Assembly: GCF_009914755.1 (NCBI RefSeq)
Contig: NC_060941.1
Source: the human T2T-CHM13v2.0 reference genome, Homo sapiens
Length of the DNA stretch: 64,000 nucleotides
Direction: 5' to 3' (one strand)
Both the position numbers and the translations under genes were made by a program. Shown here piece after piece: positions 43,711 to 61,574 of the stretch (its first letter is position 1; each line of letters opens with the position of its first letter). The notes under the pieces are model-generated. The model was given only the letters and a program-made list of their open reading frames with translations. It had not been told where the DNA came from and ran no database searches.

Positions 43711-44699
43711 CATATCAGTAGGCAAATTGCAACAGATGCTCAATACGTATTTTCTGTCCTTCCTTTCTCTTTAAGGTTCTTGGTGTCTTAACATACTCAG
43801 GGATATTTATTTACAAGGCAGCATATTATAACAAATAAGTGATAAAAACAGCGTATATCACAGGATTGTAGTTCCTAACTAGCAGTTCATATCAATAGCA
43901 AACAAAAACCTTCTTATAAAGTTCTTCTTAGACCTGCTCACTCAGTCATTGAAGGTAGGGCTAGGGCATAAAAATTCAATATGTATCTATTTCCTGTTAA
44001 ATCAGTAATACACACTGAGAATTAAAATTTTAAATATAAAAGGGAATACAGTGAGAAGTAAATCTCCTTCCCATTCCTATTCCTCTGGCTCCTTTTTCCC
44101 TCCAAAAGGCATTCATTTTGTCCAAAGATATGTCTCATTATTTTTTTTCTAATCTTTGTTCTATGTGTTCTTCAAATTGGATAAGTTCTATGTTTCTGTC
44201 TTCAAGCTTGCTGACTTCTTTTGGTCGTTTTCATCCTGCTATAAGCCCATCCAGTGAATTTAATATTTTAGATATCATATGTTTTTAGTTCTAGAATGCA
44301 ACCATTTGGTTGTGTTTTGGTAGTTTCTATTTCTCTGATGAAATTTCCTATTTTTCATTCCTCCTGAACATATTTCCATTTATATCCAGTTCTTATCTCA
44401 TGAGCTATTTCCCCTAATCACAGACTAAAAATATATATTTTTTCCCTTCCATTTAATTCTTAGATGGATTCCCTGTCTAGAGAATGAAGAATTTAGATTC
44501 AGTGATCATCACAGAAATAAAATTGTTACAATCTTTTAAAATCCTTTTATTCACCTTGAAAGCAATTTGGGATTTTGGACTTTAAAAATAATATTTCACT
44601 TGAAAACTGTCTCAAGCATCTAATGTAAATGAAAACAGCAGGAATTCTGCTAAGTGATTTGAAGAAAGACATCAAAACACACTGACTTTTGCACATATA

Positions 44700-44988
<289 letters not shown>

Positions 44989-45880
44989 TGCCTATTTTTA
45001 ATTGGGAATTTTTGGGCTCTCTCTCCAGTGCCTCATTATGTAAGGTATATAACTTGCAGGGCATGACCTCAGGGAACTTTCTAGTTGCCTGAACTTTCTA
45101 ATGGCGACAACTAGGACACCAGAACACTTTTGCCACCTGTCCTACTGTTGCTAGAATAATGTTGGCCCTTGAGTTCATAGACAAAGAGAAAGCAGTTCTC
45201 TCCTGGCCACTCAGGGGCAGAAAAAGCATCCCCACTCCTCTGCATTAGGAGAAAACACATTTTCTATGCATGAAAGAAAAGGAAGCAGAACTTCTGTTAA
45301 AATGATGCCCAGGAAAAAACTTTTTTTTTTTTGAAATTAACTATTCTATCTTATATTAGTCAATAAGGAAGTGTATAATATATAATCAATATATATTATA
45401 TTCACTGAAAATTGCTTTAAAGATGGTGCTAAGCCAATACTGAGAAGAGTGCCTGTAACAAAATAGGCACTCAGTAATCTTTTTTAAAATTCACAAGCAA
45501 AAAAAATATACATATATATATATGGTTAAACTGGATTTCATTTCCCATACAAATACCAGAAGCTTCCAAGAAAAGTATATTTTGAGAGTTTTTTTTTTCT
45601 TGAAGGGCATTATTTTTCATATAAAGTTTGTGTTGAACAAACTTTGTTACAAAGAACAATTCTATGCTATGGCAGAGTATGTTTGCACATTGCAGTTGTC
45701 TTTTTTCTTTATGATGAAATTATCAAACACATTAATAAGATCTGAAGGTCCAGTTTTCAAGAAAGGAAGATAGTCATGGATGCTGGTGTAAGCCTTCTAG
45801 AAAATTTTCAGGCCTTTAGAAAAATTTGAACAACTGCCTGATCCCTTGAGTCGTGAAAGGTATTTTAAAATTAGTATTAC

Positions 45881-46191
45881 GGCCAGGTGCAGTGGCTCAC
45901 GCCTGTAATCCCAGCACTTTGGGAGGCCGAAGTGGGCGGATCACTAGGTCAGGAGATCAAGACCAATCTGGCTAACATGGTGAAACCCCGTCTCTACTAA
46001 AAATAAAAAAAATTAGCCGCGCCTGGTGGCAGACGCCTGTAGTCCCAGCTACTCGGGAGGATGAGGCAGGAGAATGTCGTGAACCCGGAGGCGGAGCTTG
46101 CAGTGAGCCGAGATCGCGCCACTGAACTCCAGCCTGGGTGACAGAGCAAGACTCTGTCCCAAAAACACAACTAAAAAATAAAAATAAAAAT
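45881..46191 (+). mobile_element. AluY-like
   Basis: TSD AAAATTAGTATTAC at 45867-45880 and 46192-46205. Confidence 0.93.
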
Positions 46192-47143
46192 AAAATTAGT
46201 ATTACATAGTAAAAATTATGTGTTAATTATTGTTAATAGTCTTCAGTGTTAATTATGGACTTACTAATTGCATAAATCATGACTATTCCTTAATGTTTTA
46301 TTTCAAAGTAGAGTTTAGGATGCTAAACATATGTTTATTGTTTGCAAATACCTATGTGCTGGCATTTATGTGAGCCAAGCAAAGTCTGATTGGGCCAAAC
46401 CCTGGGAAATGTAAATATATTTATTCTTATTTTACTATTTGGCAAAGTCTCCTGATAATTGTAATAATGTCTGCTATTGAATCGTGGCAGACACCATCCA
46501 GTGTTTCTCGGAATACAGGCAGCCCTCCTACACTCTGCATCAGAGCCCCTCCCGCAGGCGATGCTTGTTAAAGGATGGATTCGCAGGACCCGCCGCTGAA
46601 TCAGAACTTAAGTTTAAAAAAGGCTGCACCTTCACGGGTGCTCGCTCTGTCCTACCAGTGAGCTTCCCTTTAGTTTCGCGTTTCCACAGGAAACAGGACA
46701 TAGATCTAAAATTGCCTTTGCACTTGGACTGGTTTCCTTTGCTGACCTAATACAGAATAGCTTTTTGTGCTGTGACTGCGAGTGTGTTGAACAGATCCTC
46801 TGTATTTTAGGAGAAGAAATTTGGTGCCTCGTTGCTCACCATCACCACTGGCCCTGGTAGCTCTGCGGATAAACCAGCTTGGATTTCACCCTTGAGGATT
46901 AACATTGCAACACTGCATAGGCACATAAAGCCACCTGAAAGTCAAGATGAGGCAGGTAATGTGCACTGGGATCTCATGTGGTTGGTGTCTTGTCTTTTGC
47001 CATTTGTCAAGCACAGCAGCTGAGGTTGCTGAAGCAGGTGACTTTCAAGAGCCGAACCCACTGCAAGAAGCTCTCCTGGAAAGGGGCATCAAGGCTGCTG
47101 ACCCTCCTCCTGCCCCTCCGCTGACCAACTCCACACCTGGGAT

Positions 47144-47716
47144 TAGAGGGGAGGAAACCTTTATCCCATACTCTCTTATGTTCTATTCCTGGGGACCTGC
47201 AAATTAAGCTGATAAAACACAGATTAACAAAGGAAAAATAATACAATTTTAATTGATATTAATATTTTTATGTGCACAGGAGCTTCACAAAGAGAAGTAG
47301 AAACTCAAATACGTGGTTAGATGTGAGAAATTATATACTACTTTCACAAAGGGTGATAAATTATGGATAAGTGACTGGACAAAGGAAAGAATGTTTGGGC
47401 TTCTGGGGTTATAAATTGTGAGAAAGTGCTTAGGAATATATGGGAGAAAATAATAGAAGATTAAAGTTATCTCCATAAGGTTGGTTTATGCAGATTCTTC
47501 TGAATGCAACTCCCATCACCAGTGATAAGAGTCACTCTTTTTCTTCCGGGTATAGAGGGGCATCTTCCTCAAAGCAAAATTTAGGTCCTGCATTTAGGCA
47601 GATAAGGGAAGGCAGAGAACTTTTACTGCATTTGTTGTTTCTTCCTTGCCTATAGCTCAAAATATTCTTCTGCCAAGGTAGCATATTTTGGGGGTGGCAT
47701 ATTCTGATCCTCTTTA
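47144..47716 (-). mobile_element. MER34-type ERV1 solo LTR
   Basis: Minus-strand start ..GATCAGAATATGCCACCCCCAAAATATGC.. and end ..TTTCCTCCCCTCTA; 4-bp TSD GGAT. Confidence 0.75.
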
Positions 47717-48150
47717 GGATCATCAGCACCTCCAGCTGGGGTGAGGCTGGATGGGGGCTGGCACAAAGGAGGCTTTCAGGCAGTTTCCTTGAGTTCTAAC
47801 CGCAACCCCTGCAGAACAATTGGCCTGTGGCCTGTGGCCTGCTCTCCCCACTATGCCTGAATTGCTGTGGACTAGTTTATGAATAGCCCTCTGAACCCAG
47901 AGGAAGCTCGAGGAACAGAATTGACATACCCATCAGCTAGAATCGCTGTAGGAAGACAGAATCAGTGAACATAAAGTATCCAAGTTCAAACAATTGAAAA
48001 TGAAATAATAATTAATTTTTAAAAGAGCTTTGTGAAATATGTGGATAAAGCATACTTTCCGATGAGCCTAATACTATGAATGATAAATTATAAACGGGAG
48101 TCCTATTTTAAATCTAAGCAAGGATTTTAACTCAAGGAAATCAATATGTT

Positions 48151-48164
48151 CCACAAGAGGGCAG
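48151..48164 (+). promoter_or_regulatory. Candidate CTCF site CCACAAGAGGGCAG
   Basis: Match to the CTCF core consensus in non-repetitive AT-rich DNA. Confidence 0.5.
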
Positions 48165-50317
48165 TATGGTAACTCGTTTATAAAACAGTAGGCTCAGAAG
48201 AGCCAAGGACGTTTGTGATCAGTTTTTAAATTTGTGATAAGAACTGCTTTGAGCAGAAACAAAAATCAAACACCATTTTTACCGTAAAGAGTTTTTCTAC
48301 ATGACATGAAAGCTACTCAAAAAGATTGGGGAGTTTTTTAAGTGTGAATGACATACTTTTGAAAAAGTAAGCTCCTGGACTTGGAACTATACAGAATTGC
48401 TTTCATTAGTTGCTATGTTGCTCGGTTGCTATGTGGTCTAGTAAAAGCTACAGACAAAATCAAGGAAATCACATTTCCTCTGATTCCTCACCTCAAGTTG
48501 TGCCTGACAAAGTTTGTGGGAGAGTCTAAATTGGGAAAGATAGTGATCCTTACAGCTAGCTTTATCTGAACTCTGAGTAGCAGGCTGGGCGCTTTACGTG
48601 GATTATTTCTTTCAGCCCCATCGTAGCTCTATGAGTTAGGAACTATTATTATCTTCATTTGATAGACGAGGAAACCAAGGCCCATAGAGGACTGAATGCT
48701 TGCCCATGGGACATGGCTCATGCAGAGTTGGGATTCAAATCGGGCACATCAAATCTAGATCCCAAGTTTGAGCTATTTCTAGGCAATTAGTAGCAAAGAC
48801 AGAACTAGAACCCATATCTCTTTGTTACGAATTAAAGGGTGACTTTAATGTTGAAAACGATGTGTATGGCGGGACTGAGTAGAAGAAACCTTTGGAGGAG
48901 GGCTGATGGGCCAGACAAAAAGTGACTGTGTTTGCAAAAAGACAGGTTCATGCCAAGAAACGAGAACATTCCTGTCTGAGCTGGGATCCCCCATTTATGC
49001 CGATTATGCAGTGTCAGGGTTGTCAAGAGCAGAGGGATTTCCCCATTCTCTTCTCAAACTCCAAAGAGCTCTGAGATCCACAGGCTGGTGGGGTTCCCAG
49101 GAGAAGCCTGCAGAAGGTGCTTCCTCCTTCAGGGCACAGAAGAGGACGAAGAGAAGTTCACCTAAATCCCCAGAGCCCTTAGTCAAGTTCATCCCAAAAC
49201 TATCCGAATAATCATGACTGCTATCCCTTGAGAACTCAAATGCCAGGCCCTGTGCTAAGCATTTTACTTGTGTTAGCTCATTTAGTCCTCATAGCAATTC
49301 AATGAGGTGGGGCTTATGTTCACCATCTGGGAATTTCACAGGCTGGCCCCTCTCACAGGAGTTTCATCATGTAAGGCCTGCGTACATATATGCATGAGAA
49401 AGCATGTCTTGTACACAAATTGGTTTTCCTAAACCCTCCCTCATCTTTGAGCAATGCAGCCGATTTTGTTTTTAAAATGCAGCCCACTTCTGAGTAAGCA
49501 TGGCAGATTGCTCACTTCCCCCTTCCAAAACTCCACTGAAATGGCAATAAAGGAATCAAGAATATATAAACTCATAAGGTGATAAAATGAGGGAAGAGAT
49601 GAACATGGATGAGAGAGTCCCACAAATATCTGGAAGAGGGAGAGGAGCAGGAGCTGACTTGGCAGAGCTGGGGATCACTACCTGGCTCCCTGCAGATGAG
49701 GAAACTAATAAGCAGAAGCGAGGTGGTCTTATAGAACTCTAGGTGCTGAGGACGGGGAGATCCAAATCTACAGAAGGTGGGCATAAGGCATGGGACTAAA
49801 AACAGGGGGGCTAAGTGGCCTGTATAGGGGGAGGATGGACCCCCTTCCTCCTCCTACAGCAGGCGCACCCCAGCTGTCTCCACCCACCCATTGCACGCCT
49901 CCCCACCCTCACTGCCAGCAGGAGGTTTGACACATTCTCTCTGGATAACTGAATGGCTCCTGAGAAAAGACCCCCACATTCTGACATCTTGGAGTCCCGC
50001 CCCAGTTTAAAAGCCAGTTTGCTGTCCAGCGACCTTGTTGTAAGTCCTTCTGTGGACAAGCCTCACCTACTCCCTCAGAGTTCTCATTCATCTTTTTAGT
50101 GAGTCACACTTAGACAGAAACAGGCAGCCCAGGATCTCCAAATGTTTAAAGACAGCCTCCAACTTGGAAGAAAGAAATCCAAACAAATAGGAAAAAGGAA
50201 CTTGGAGAAAGCAGAAATGATGGAAGACGTAGAAAAAAATGTGAAAATAAAAATTTGATAAGCAATTTCTTCAGAAAAATAAAATAAGGTGTTATATCCA
50301 TTAATCAAGAGTTAGAT

Positions 50318-54383
<4,066 letters not shown>

Positions 54384-54875
54384 CATTTTCTTGAATTACA
54401 GCTTTTAGTATTCTTTCTGATCCTTTGCTTTGGTTTTTGTTCATCTTTCCGTTGTGCTTTTGTTTTGTGTAATGATATTATTTTGCCCTTTATTGTCTCT
54501 TTTCTTATAGTAACTTTGTATGGGATTTGACTTCACTACTTTTCTACTGCCATTTTTATGTGAATTTTGTTTTCCATGTTAATAAAAAGAAGCTTGTTCA
54601 GATAACACATCTAACTTCTTGGATCCCCATCCATTTTTGTTCTTGTAATGTTCAAAAACATGATGGCCTGCTTTTGGAGATTTCCTGGCTTTGTTTCCCC
54701 ACCCTGTGCTTTTCTGGATCTTTTCTTTCATTTATTTCAGTTGAGTTTTTCCAAGGGTTTCTCTGAAGTGTTCCGCTCCATCCTGGAAGACAGCCTTGGC
54801 TGACCAGTTTCAGGAGTTCCCGTAGGTCCTTAGATCTTATCAACTGTGCCTGGCACCTACTTGCTATTACAGTGG

Positions 54876-55706
54876 TGATAGGCTTTGGATCTGTGTCCCC
54901 TCTAAATATCATATCAAACTATAATCCCTATTGTTGGAGGTAGGGCCTGGTGGGAGGTGACTGGATTGTCGAGGAGATTTCTCATGAATGGTTTATCACC
55001 ATCTCCTTGGTGCTGTTCTCGCGCTAGTGGGTGACTTCTCCTGACATCTGGTCGTTTAAAAGTATGCGACACTGTTTTAGTCTGTTCTTGCATTGCTATA
55101 AAGAAATACCTGAGACTGGGTAATTTATAAAGAAAAAATATTTAATTGGCTCATGGTTCCACAGGCTGAACAGGAAGTATGATGCTGGCATCTACTTGGC
55201 TTCTGGGAGGCCTCAGGAAACAAAATCATGATGGAAGGTGGAGGGAGAGCCACATGGCTGGAGCCAGAGGAAGAGAGAGAGAGGGGAGAGGTGCCACACA
55301 CTTTAAAGCAACCAGATCTCATGAGAACTCTATCATAAGAACAGTACCAACGGATAGTGCTAAACCATTCACGAAGGATCCACCCGCATGAGCCAATCAC
55401 CTCCAACCAGGTCCCATTTCTGACATTTGAAAATTACAACTTGACACAAGATTTAGGTGGGGACACAGATCCGAACCATATCAGGCACCTTCTCCCCCTC
55501 TTCCTTGCTCCTGCCTTCAGGATATGATGTGCCTGCTCCCCCTTTGCCTTTTTCCATGATTGGAAGCTTCCTGAGGCCTTCCCAGAGGCAGAAGCCACTA
55601 TGTTTCCTGTACAGCCGGTAGAACCATGAGCCAATTAAACCTCTTTTCTTGTAAATGAGCCAGTCTCAGGTATTTCTTTACAGCAGTGCGAGAATGGCCT
55701 AAAACA
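54876..55706 (+). mobile_element. MSTA-type LTR (outer) interrupted by a second MSTA-type LTR
   Basis: Termini TGATAGGCTTTGG / CCTAAAACA; TSD AGTGG/AATGG. Confidence 0.87.
55073..55483 (-). mobile_element. MSTA-type LTR (inner, antiparallel)
   Basis: tgttttagtc...gaaccatatca; TSD GACAC/GGCAC. Confidence 0.87.
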
Positions 55707-56944
55707 AATGGGCATGTTCCCTCCTAGTTCCAGCTGTTGTTCCCAAATTGGCCTACTACAATTTTACCATTTTCAGGTTTGTCATATGTCCTGTTGTTTT
55801 CTTCCAAGTTCTCTTGCACAGGTGAGATGTGGATAACACATAGGTCTTATGGCTGTTGGTGGTTTGTCCTGTTTTGGAGTTTGCAGGGATTACTTGTCTA
55901 GCTTTTTGTAAATGTGATTCATGAGTATTTGATTTTGCTATCTAGTTCTGTCTGTTTTTATGTGGATATCCAGGAAGATCCAAATTCTATGCTGCCTCCA
56001 CTGAAACTGTCTTCCCAGAAATGTATTACTTTTTGTCATTAAAAAGGAGGTATAGGAAGATTAATCTATGCACTGCATTTGGAAAGGTGTTTGTTTGTTT
56101 GTTGTTTATTTTTAGGTTGCAGTGATGGCAGGGAGCCAATGTTGATTTCTGATATGGGAGGATGATGATCAGAGCTGGTCATCTGAAAGATTAACTTGGC
56201 AGAAGTTTGAAGATTGAAGAAAAGTAGTGGAGTGAGAAGGCCAATTCTGACAGTACATCAGCAGTCCAAATAGGAGATGATAATGAGGGAAAGGTGAGTG
56301 GGAAGGGCAAGGAAAAGACAGCTGTGGGGAATTCAATAAACGCTGAATCAGTGGCTTGGTGGTGAGGGAAGGATGAAGAAGAGTTAGAAGAATCAGAATT
56401 GACTGAAAATTTGTAGGATGAATGTCTAGGGGAATAATATTACCCAAAACACCAGTGTAGATGAGGAAAATGATATGGTGACAGTAATAATGAGGGGTCA
56501 GAGGGAGAGCAGTGACTAATTTTTTTTTTTTAATTTGCATTTCACTAGCTGGAGGTACCTCAAGAAAAAGATGTTGTGTGTGAATGTGCAGGGCTGAGGG
56601 AAAGGTCCATGCTAGACACACAGATTTGAGAGTCATCTGCAAAGTATACTCCAGGAAAGATAGAACAAATGGCACTATATATCCACAGAAAACTTAGAAA
56701 CACTATTCCTGAAATAAAGATTGCCTTTGCTCATTGAAAATGTTCACAGTGTTTCAAGTTAACAACTAGTAAAGGACCAAGAGCAAGAACTATCCTCAGG
56801 AAAATACTGGCTATAAAAAGAAAGACCTGAAGCTCTATGTGTACAAGTGGTGCTTGTAAATTTTTCTGAGTAGTCTGGTGGTGATTATTGGGGCATCCCC
56901 AGATATTGATATTTGGAGATATTTTCTCTGGGGCAATTCAGAAT

Positions 56945-57238
56945 TTTTTTTTTTTTTTTTTCGAGTTGGAGTCTCGATCTGTCGCCCAGGCTGGAGTGCA
57001 GCTGCGAGATCTCTACTCACCACAAGCTCCGCCTCCCGGGTTCACGCCATTCTCCTGCCTCAGCCTCCCAGGTGGCTGGGATTACAGGCGCGCCCGCCAC
57101 CACGCCCGGCTAATTTTTTTGTATTTTTAGTAGAGGCGGGGTTTCACCATGTTAGCCGGGATGGTCTCGATCTCCTGACCTTGTGATCCGCCCACCTCAG
57201 CCTCCCAAAGTGCTGGGATTACGCCACCATGCCCGGCC
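56945..57238 (-). mobile_element. AluY-like
   Basis: CpG-rich Alu; TSD cagaattttttttt. Confidence 0.92.
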
Positions 57239-57716
57239 CAGAATTTTTTTTTAATAGATTATTCTTCCAATTGCCTGAATTCAGAACAACACCTGGCTCC
57301 TGATGTTCTAGGGGCAGGGAGCGGGAAAAAGGATGGGGCTTCACTGTTCATTTTGCAGACTTTGACGTTATCCCCATTTTACGTTATCCCCCAATCGAAC
57401 TGATCTCTGTACCTAATGCTCTAAGTTCAGACCCTCTTCATTTCAGTTTCTCCAGAGAATAAAACTCTAGGGTCTTGACAAAGGTGTATCTTCCGTGCAA
57501 GGTGGGGTATGTGGGTTGGGCATTGTTCCATATATAGACTTTTAGCCAGTCCTGGTATTTCTCACTTTCATGTATTCTAGGAAACGGGTAACTCCAAGGC
57601 TTGGATCTTTGGGGGGTTCTCTGAGAGCTCTTTGTCTTGGTACTTACTGGTATTCCCCCTCAACGCATTTTAGGGTATAGCTTCTAATAAGTAAAGCTGG
57701 AATCCATTTCTCCATC

Positions 57717-58410
<694 letters not shown>

Positions 58411-58439
58411 AGCTGCTTTTAATATTTAAAAAAATATTT

Positions 58440-59122
58440 TGAGAGAGGGCCCACAGACCCTCTGAAAGAAGCAGACTGCTCCTGCAGGACCCGGGGGACA
58501 CCCCAAATACTGTGAGTGCCCCAACTGCGGAAGTGGGAAAGGGAGACCCTCCTTTCCGGAACACACACCCCCTACTGGAGAAGCTGAAGGTCTGCTTCCG
58601 GGAGATGCTCCCGACTTCACCTGGAGCTGAGTCAAGTTAGAGAACCGGACCAAGCGAAATACAGGGGCAGAGGAGGCAGCAGGGAGGCCCTGGGAGCTCT
58701 TTGAATCCCCAGGTAGCCTATTCCTGCCTGGCACCACTGGGATTCATCAGGAGGGAGGCCAGAGGAGCAGGAGGTAAAACCCTACCGGGAGAAGGACTTC
58801 CCTAGCTGAATTTTGTAACAATTTGAGTGGGGCGAGAAGCCTCCTGGCCGGAACTTGGGGGAGGATGCGGATCTGGCTTGCAGACTTCACAGGTGGGGGA
58901 AGAACTAAAGCCCTTTTCTTTCACAGGTGGGAGGCGGAAAGCCTCGGGCAAGTTTTCAAGCCCGTCCTCTGTCTGGAAACAGACTCAGAGGTGTTGCAGG
59001 GGACACGGTGGGAGTGAGACCAGCCCTTCGGTGTGCGTGGGATCTGGGGGAGGCCTGTGACTGCCGGCTTTCCCCTGCTTCTCTGACAACCTGCATGACT
59101 CAGCAGAGGCAGCCATAATCCT
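58440..59122 (+). mobile_element. Isolated older primate L1 5'UTR fragment (L1PB-like)
   Basis: acagaccctctgaaagaagcagactgctcctgcaggacc..cagcagaggcagccataatcc; assigned by recognition. Confidence 0.6.
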
Positions 59123-59124
59123 GG

Positions 59125-61570
59125 AGAGCCCCGGTTTAAGATCTCCAGGTGAAGTAGATTTTTATTGTAAGTAACTCCTGTACTTTTTAAGTTGTGAGAC
59201 ATGCATTCAAGGTTGAATTCTGAAATCATGTCTGAATTAACTTCACTGGAGTCTTCTGTTGCCCTTATAGAGTAGGGAATTCTCATAGTTCTGCTAGTAA
59301 TTGTTTTTTGAGGGGGCAGGTGTGGTCTAACAAGGAAAGGCTAGAGAGCAATTAGGACCAAGGGAAAGACCTTGGGCCATGGAAGGTTGAGTTCTCTGAA
59401 AGTTTTAAAAATATAAATATGTATTTTTACTCTAGAGATGCGGTCTCACTAAGTTGTCCAGGCTGGTCTCAAGTAATCCTCCTGCCTTAGCCTCCCAAAG
59501 TTCTGGGATTACAGGAATGAGCCACCACACCTGGCCTCACCTCAGAACGTTTTGAAAATTTTAGTTTTGTCTGTTTGCTTGTTCAATCATTCTGCATGAC
59601 TGGATATGGTGAGGATCATGTAATTTGGGGGACAGAGGAAGAACTCTTGGATTTTTTTGGATGACTTTACTGGTGCGATGAGTTCCCTGGTCACTTGACA
59701 GGGCAAGTAGAATTCCTCAGGAGGGGAAAATTTGTTCTAAGAGAACAAACAGTTGCAGCTGTGGGCTTCTTACGTGGAAAAGCTTCTAGTCAATAAGTGA
59801 ACATAAAAACAATGGCCAGGGCATATTAATAACACTGACTTAGGAAGTTGAATAAAATATCTTTGCCAATAGAGAAAGAGTCCTGCTAGAGGTGGCTCTC
59901 TTCCTCGTTCTACCTTTATAACTTTTCCAGGATTCTGTTGTTGGCAGATATTCCAAGTAAGGAGTGAAGTTTCCCCACAAATGATGATGAAGGCATTGAG
60001 TCAGTATTTTCCCATGATGAAAAATTTTGTGAAGACTGAACTTCAGGTCAGGGACGAAGGAGAGCCCAAGTAGCCTTCTCAGTGTCTTCAAAGCCTATCT
60101 TTGGACTTTTTGGTGGGTAAAACATCCACCTTGTTTTCAATTAGCCTTTTCATCTTCAGGGGCCTTTAACTGAGATATTTTAATGTCCTCAAATAGAGGA
60201 TAAATTGGCAAACTGAGTAGGTTTAATATCTGGTCTGATTACAGTGGGACTGGGACAGATTTATAAACTGCTACTTAGCATACTTATCAGCTGAGCTTCC
60301 CCTTGCCTTAGGGGTCTATTGCCCATATAAGCTTCTATCTTGAGTATGGCCAGCTCTTGTAATAATAAGGCCTCTAGGAGGTTACCCACATTTCCCATTT
60401 TAAACTAGTAGTCACAAATTCCCTGGCTTTCCACAACAGGTCAAAGTCATGTAATACCCTAAAAACATATCTGTTATCTGTGTTGATGTTAACTCTTTGA
60501 TTCTTAGCTAAAGTGTAGGTTCTTGTGAGAGCCACAAATTATTCTATCTGATATAATTTGCACTGGGTAAAGCCTCATATGTTATGGGACTGTGGATATA
60601 TGCAATGGCATATTCAGCCTGGAAACCTCTTTCTGAAGTCAGAGGTATGAACTATCAACAAAGAAAATGAGATCTGGATCTATAAGAGGTACTTCAGAAA
60701 GATCAGGACGGGGAAAGGTTAGAGCTTAGGTGGCTGAAATACAGTCATGGTGGTTGTACTTCAGTTGGGAGAGAAATGGTAACAAGGTTAAGATTTTGGT
60801 AATGGTGAATAGTAATGTGAGAAGGAGCAAACAAAAGGATCTCATAAGAGGTAAGGTTAGAGGTTGAAAAACGTTGGGGGTTCGCAGTCAGGACAAAGAT
60901 GTGAACCACTTGGGCACAGAAGTGTGCGAAGTATGACCTAGCACAAAATCAACTGTGGCTTGAATCAAATTTGCTGTTGCCATGACAACTCAGAAGCAAG
61001 GAAGGAAGGCTTGAGCTATAGGGCCTAGCAAGAAGGTAAAATATCCAATGGGCCTCAGGCTCCTTTTGTATTTCTGAGACAGGACATCTAAAGTATGTTC
61101 TCTCTCATGAATGAATAGGCAGAAGGGCAAGGAGTAGTTGGGGAGTCCCAAGCTGGGGGAAGAGGAAAGGGAGGTTTTTAAAAGGATCCAATACTGTTAT
61201 AGAGGTTAATTCTCGTTCTAGGGGTTCAGACAAGGAATCCACATTCTACAATAGCCAACCAGTCTGAGAAAGTCCAGGAGTTGTCTCATTGTTTTAGATA
61301 AAGTGTAATTAAGGATGCTTTTCATACATCTGGAGACAAAGTTTTTCCCTTACAGGAGATGTCATGTTTTAGAGAGTGAAACTGAAAATAGGAAAACTAA
61401 GGATAGTGAAATTATATTTTGTCTCTTGAAAACAATGTCCCTTTTAAGTCAGATCATCCAAAAGGTATCGAGTATCTGCCAATAAATTATCAAATGTACT
61501 GGAGCAAAGAAGGTGGACATCTACGTATTGCATGACGATGCAATTACAAAGGAAAACCAAATCCTTTAAA
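59125..61570 (-). mobile_element. Decayed class I ERV internal region: pol (RT, RNase H, integrase) with an Alu monomer at about 59410-59535
   Basis: Hand translation: MQYVDVHLLCS (61533-61501), RQLLDFLRLVGYCRMWIP, VALTRTYTLAKNQRVNINTDNRYVFRVLHDFDLLWKAREF, YWQRYFIQLPKS, EAFP, SSDQGTH, HIQSCRMIEQAN, LPWPKVFPLVLIAL, HVSQLKK. Confidence 0.88.
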
Positions 61571-61574
61571 TTTG

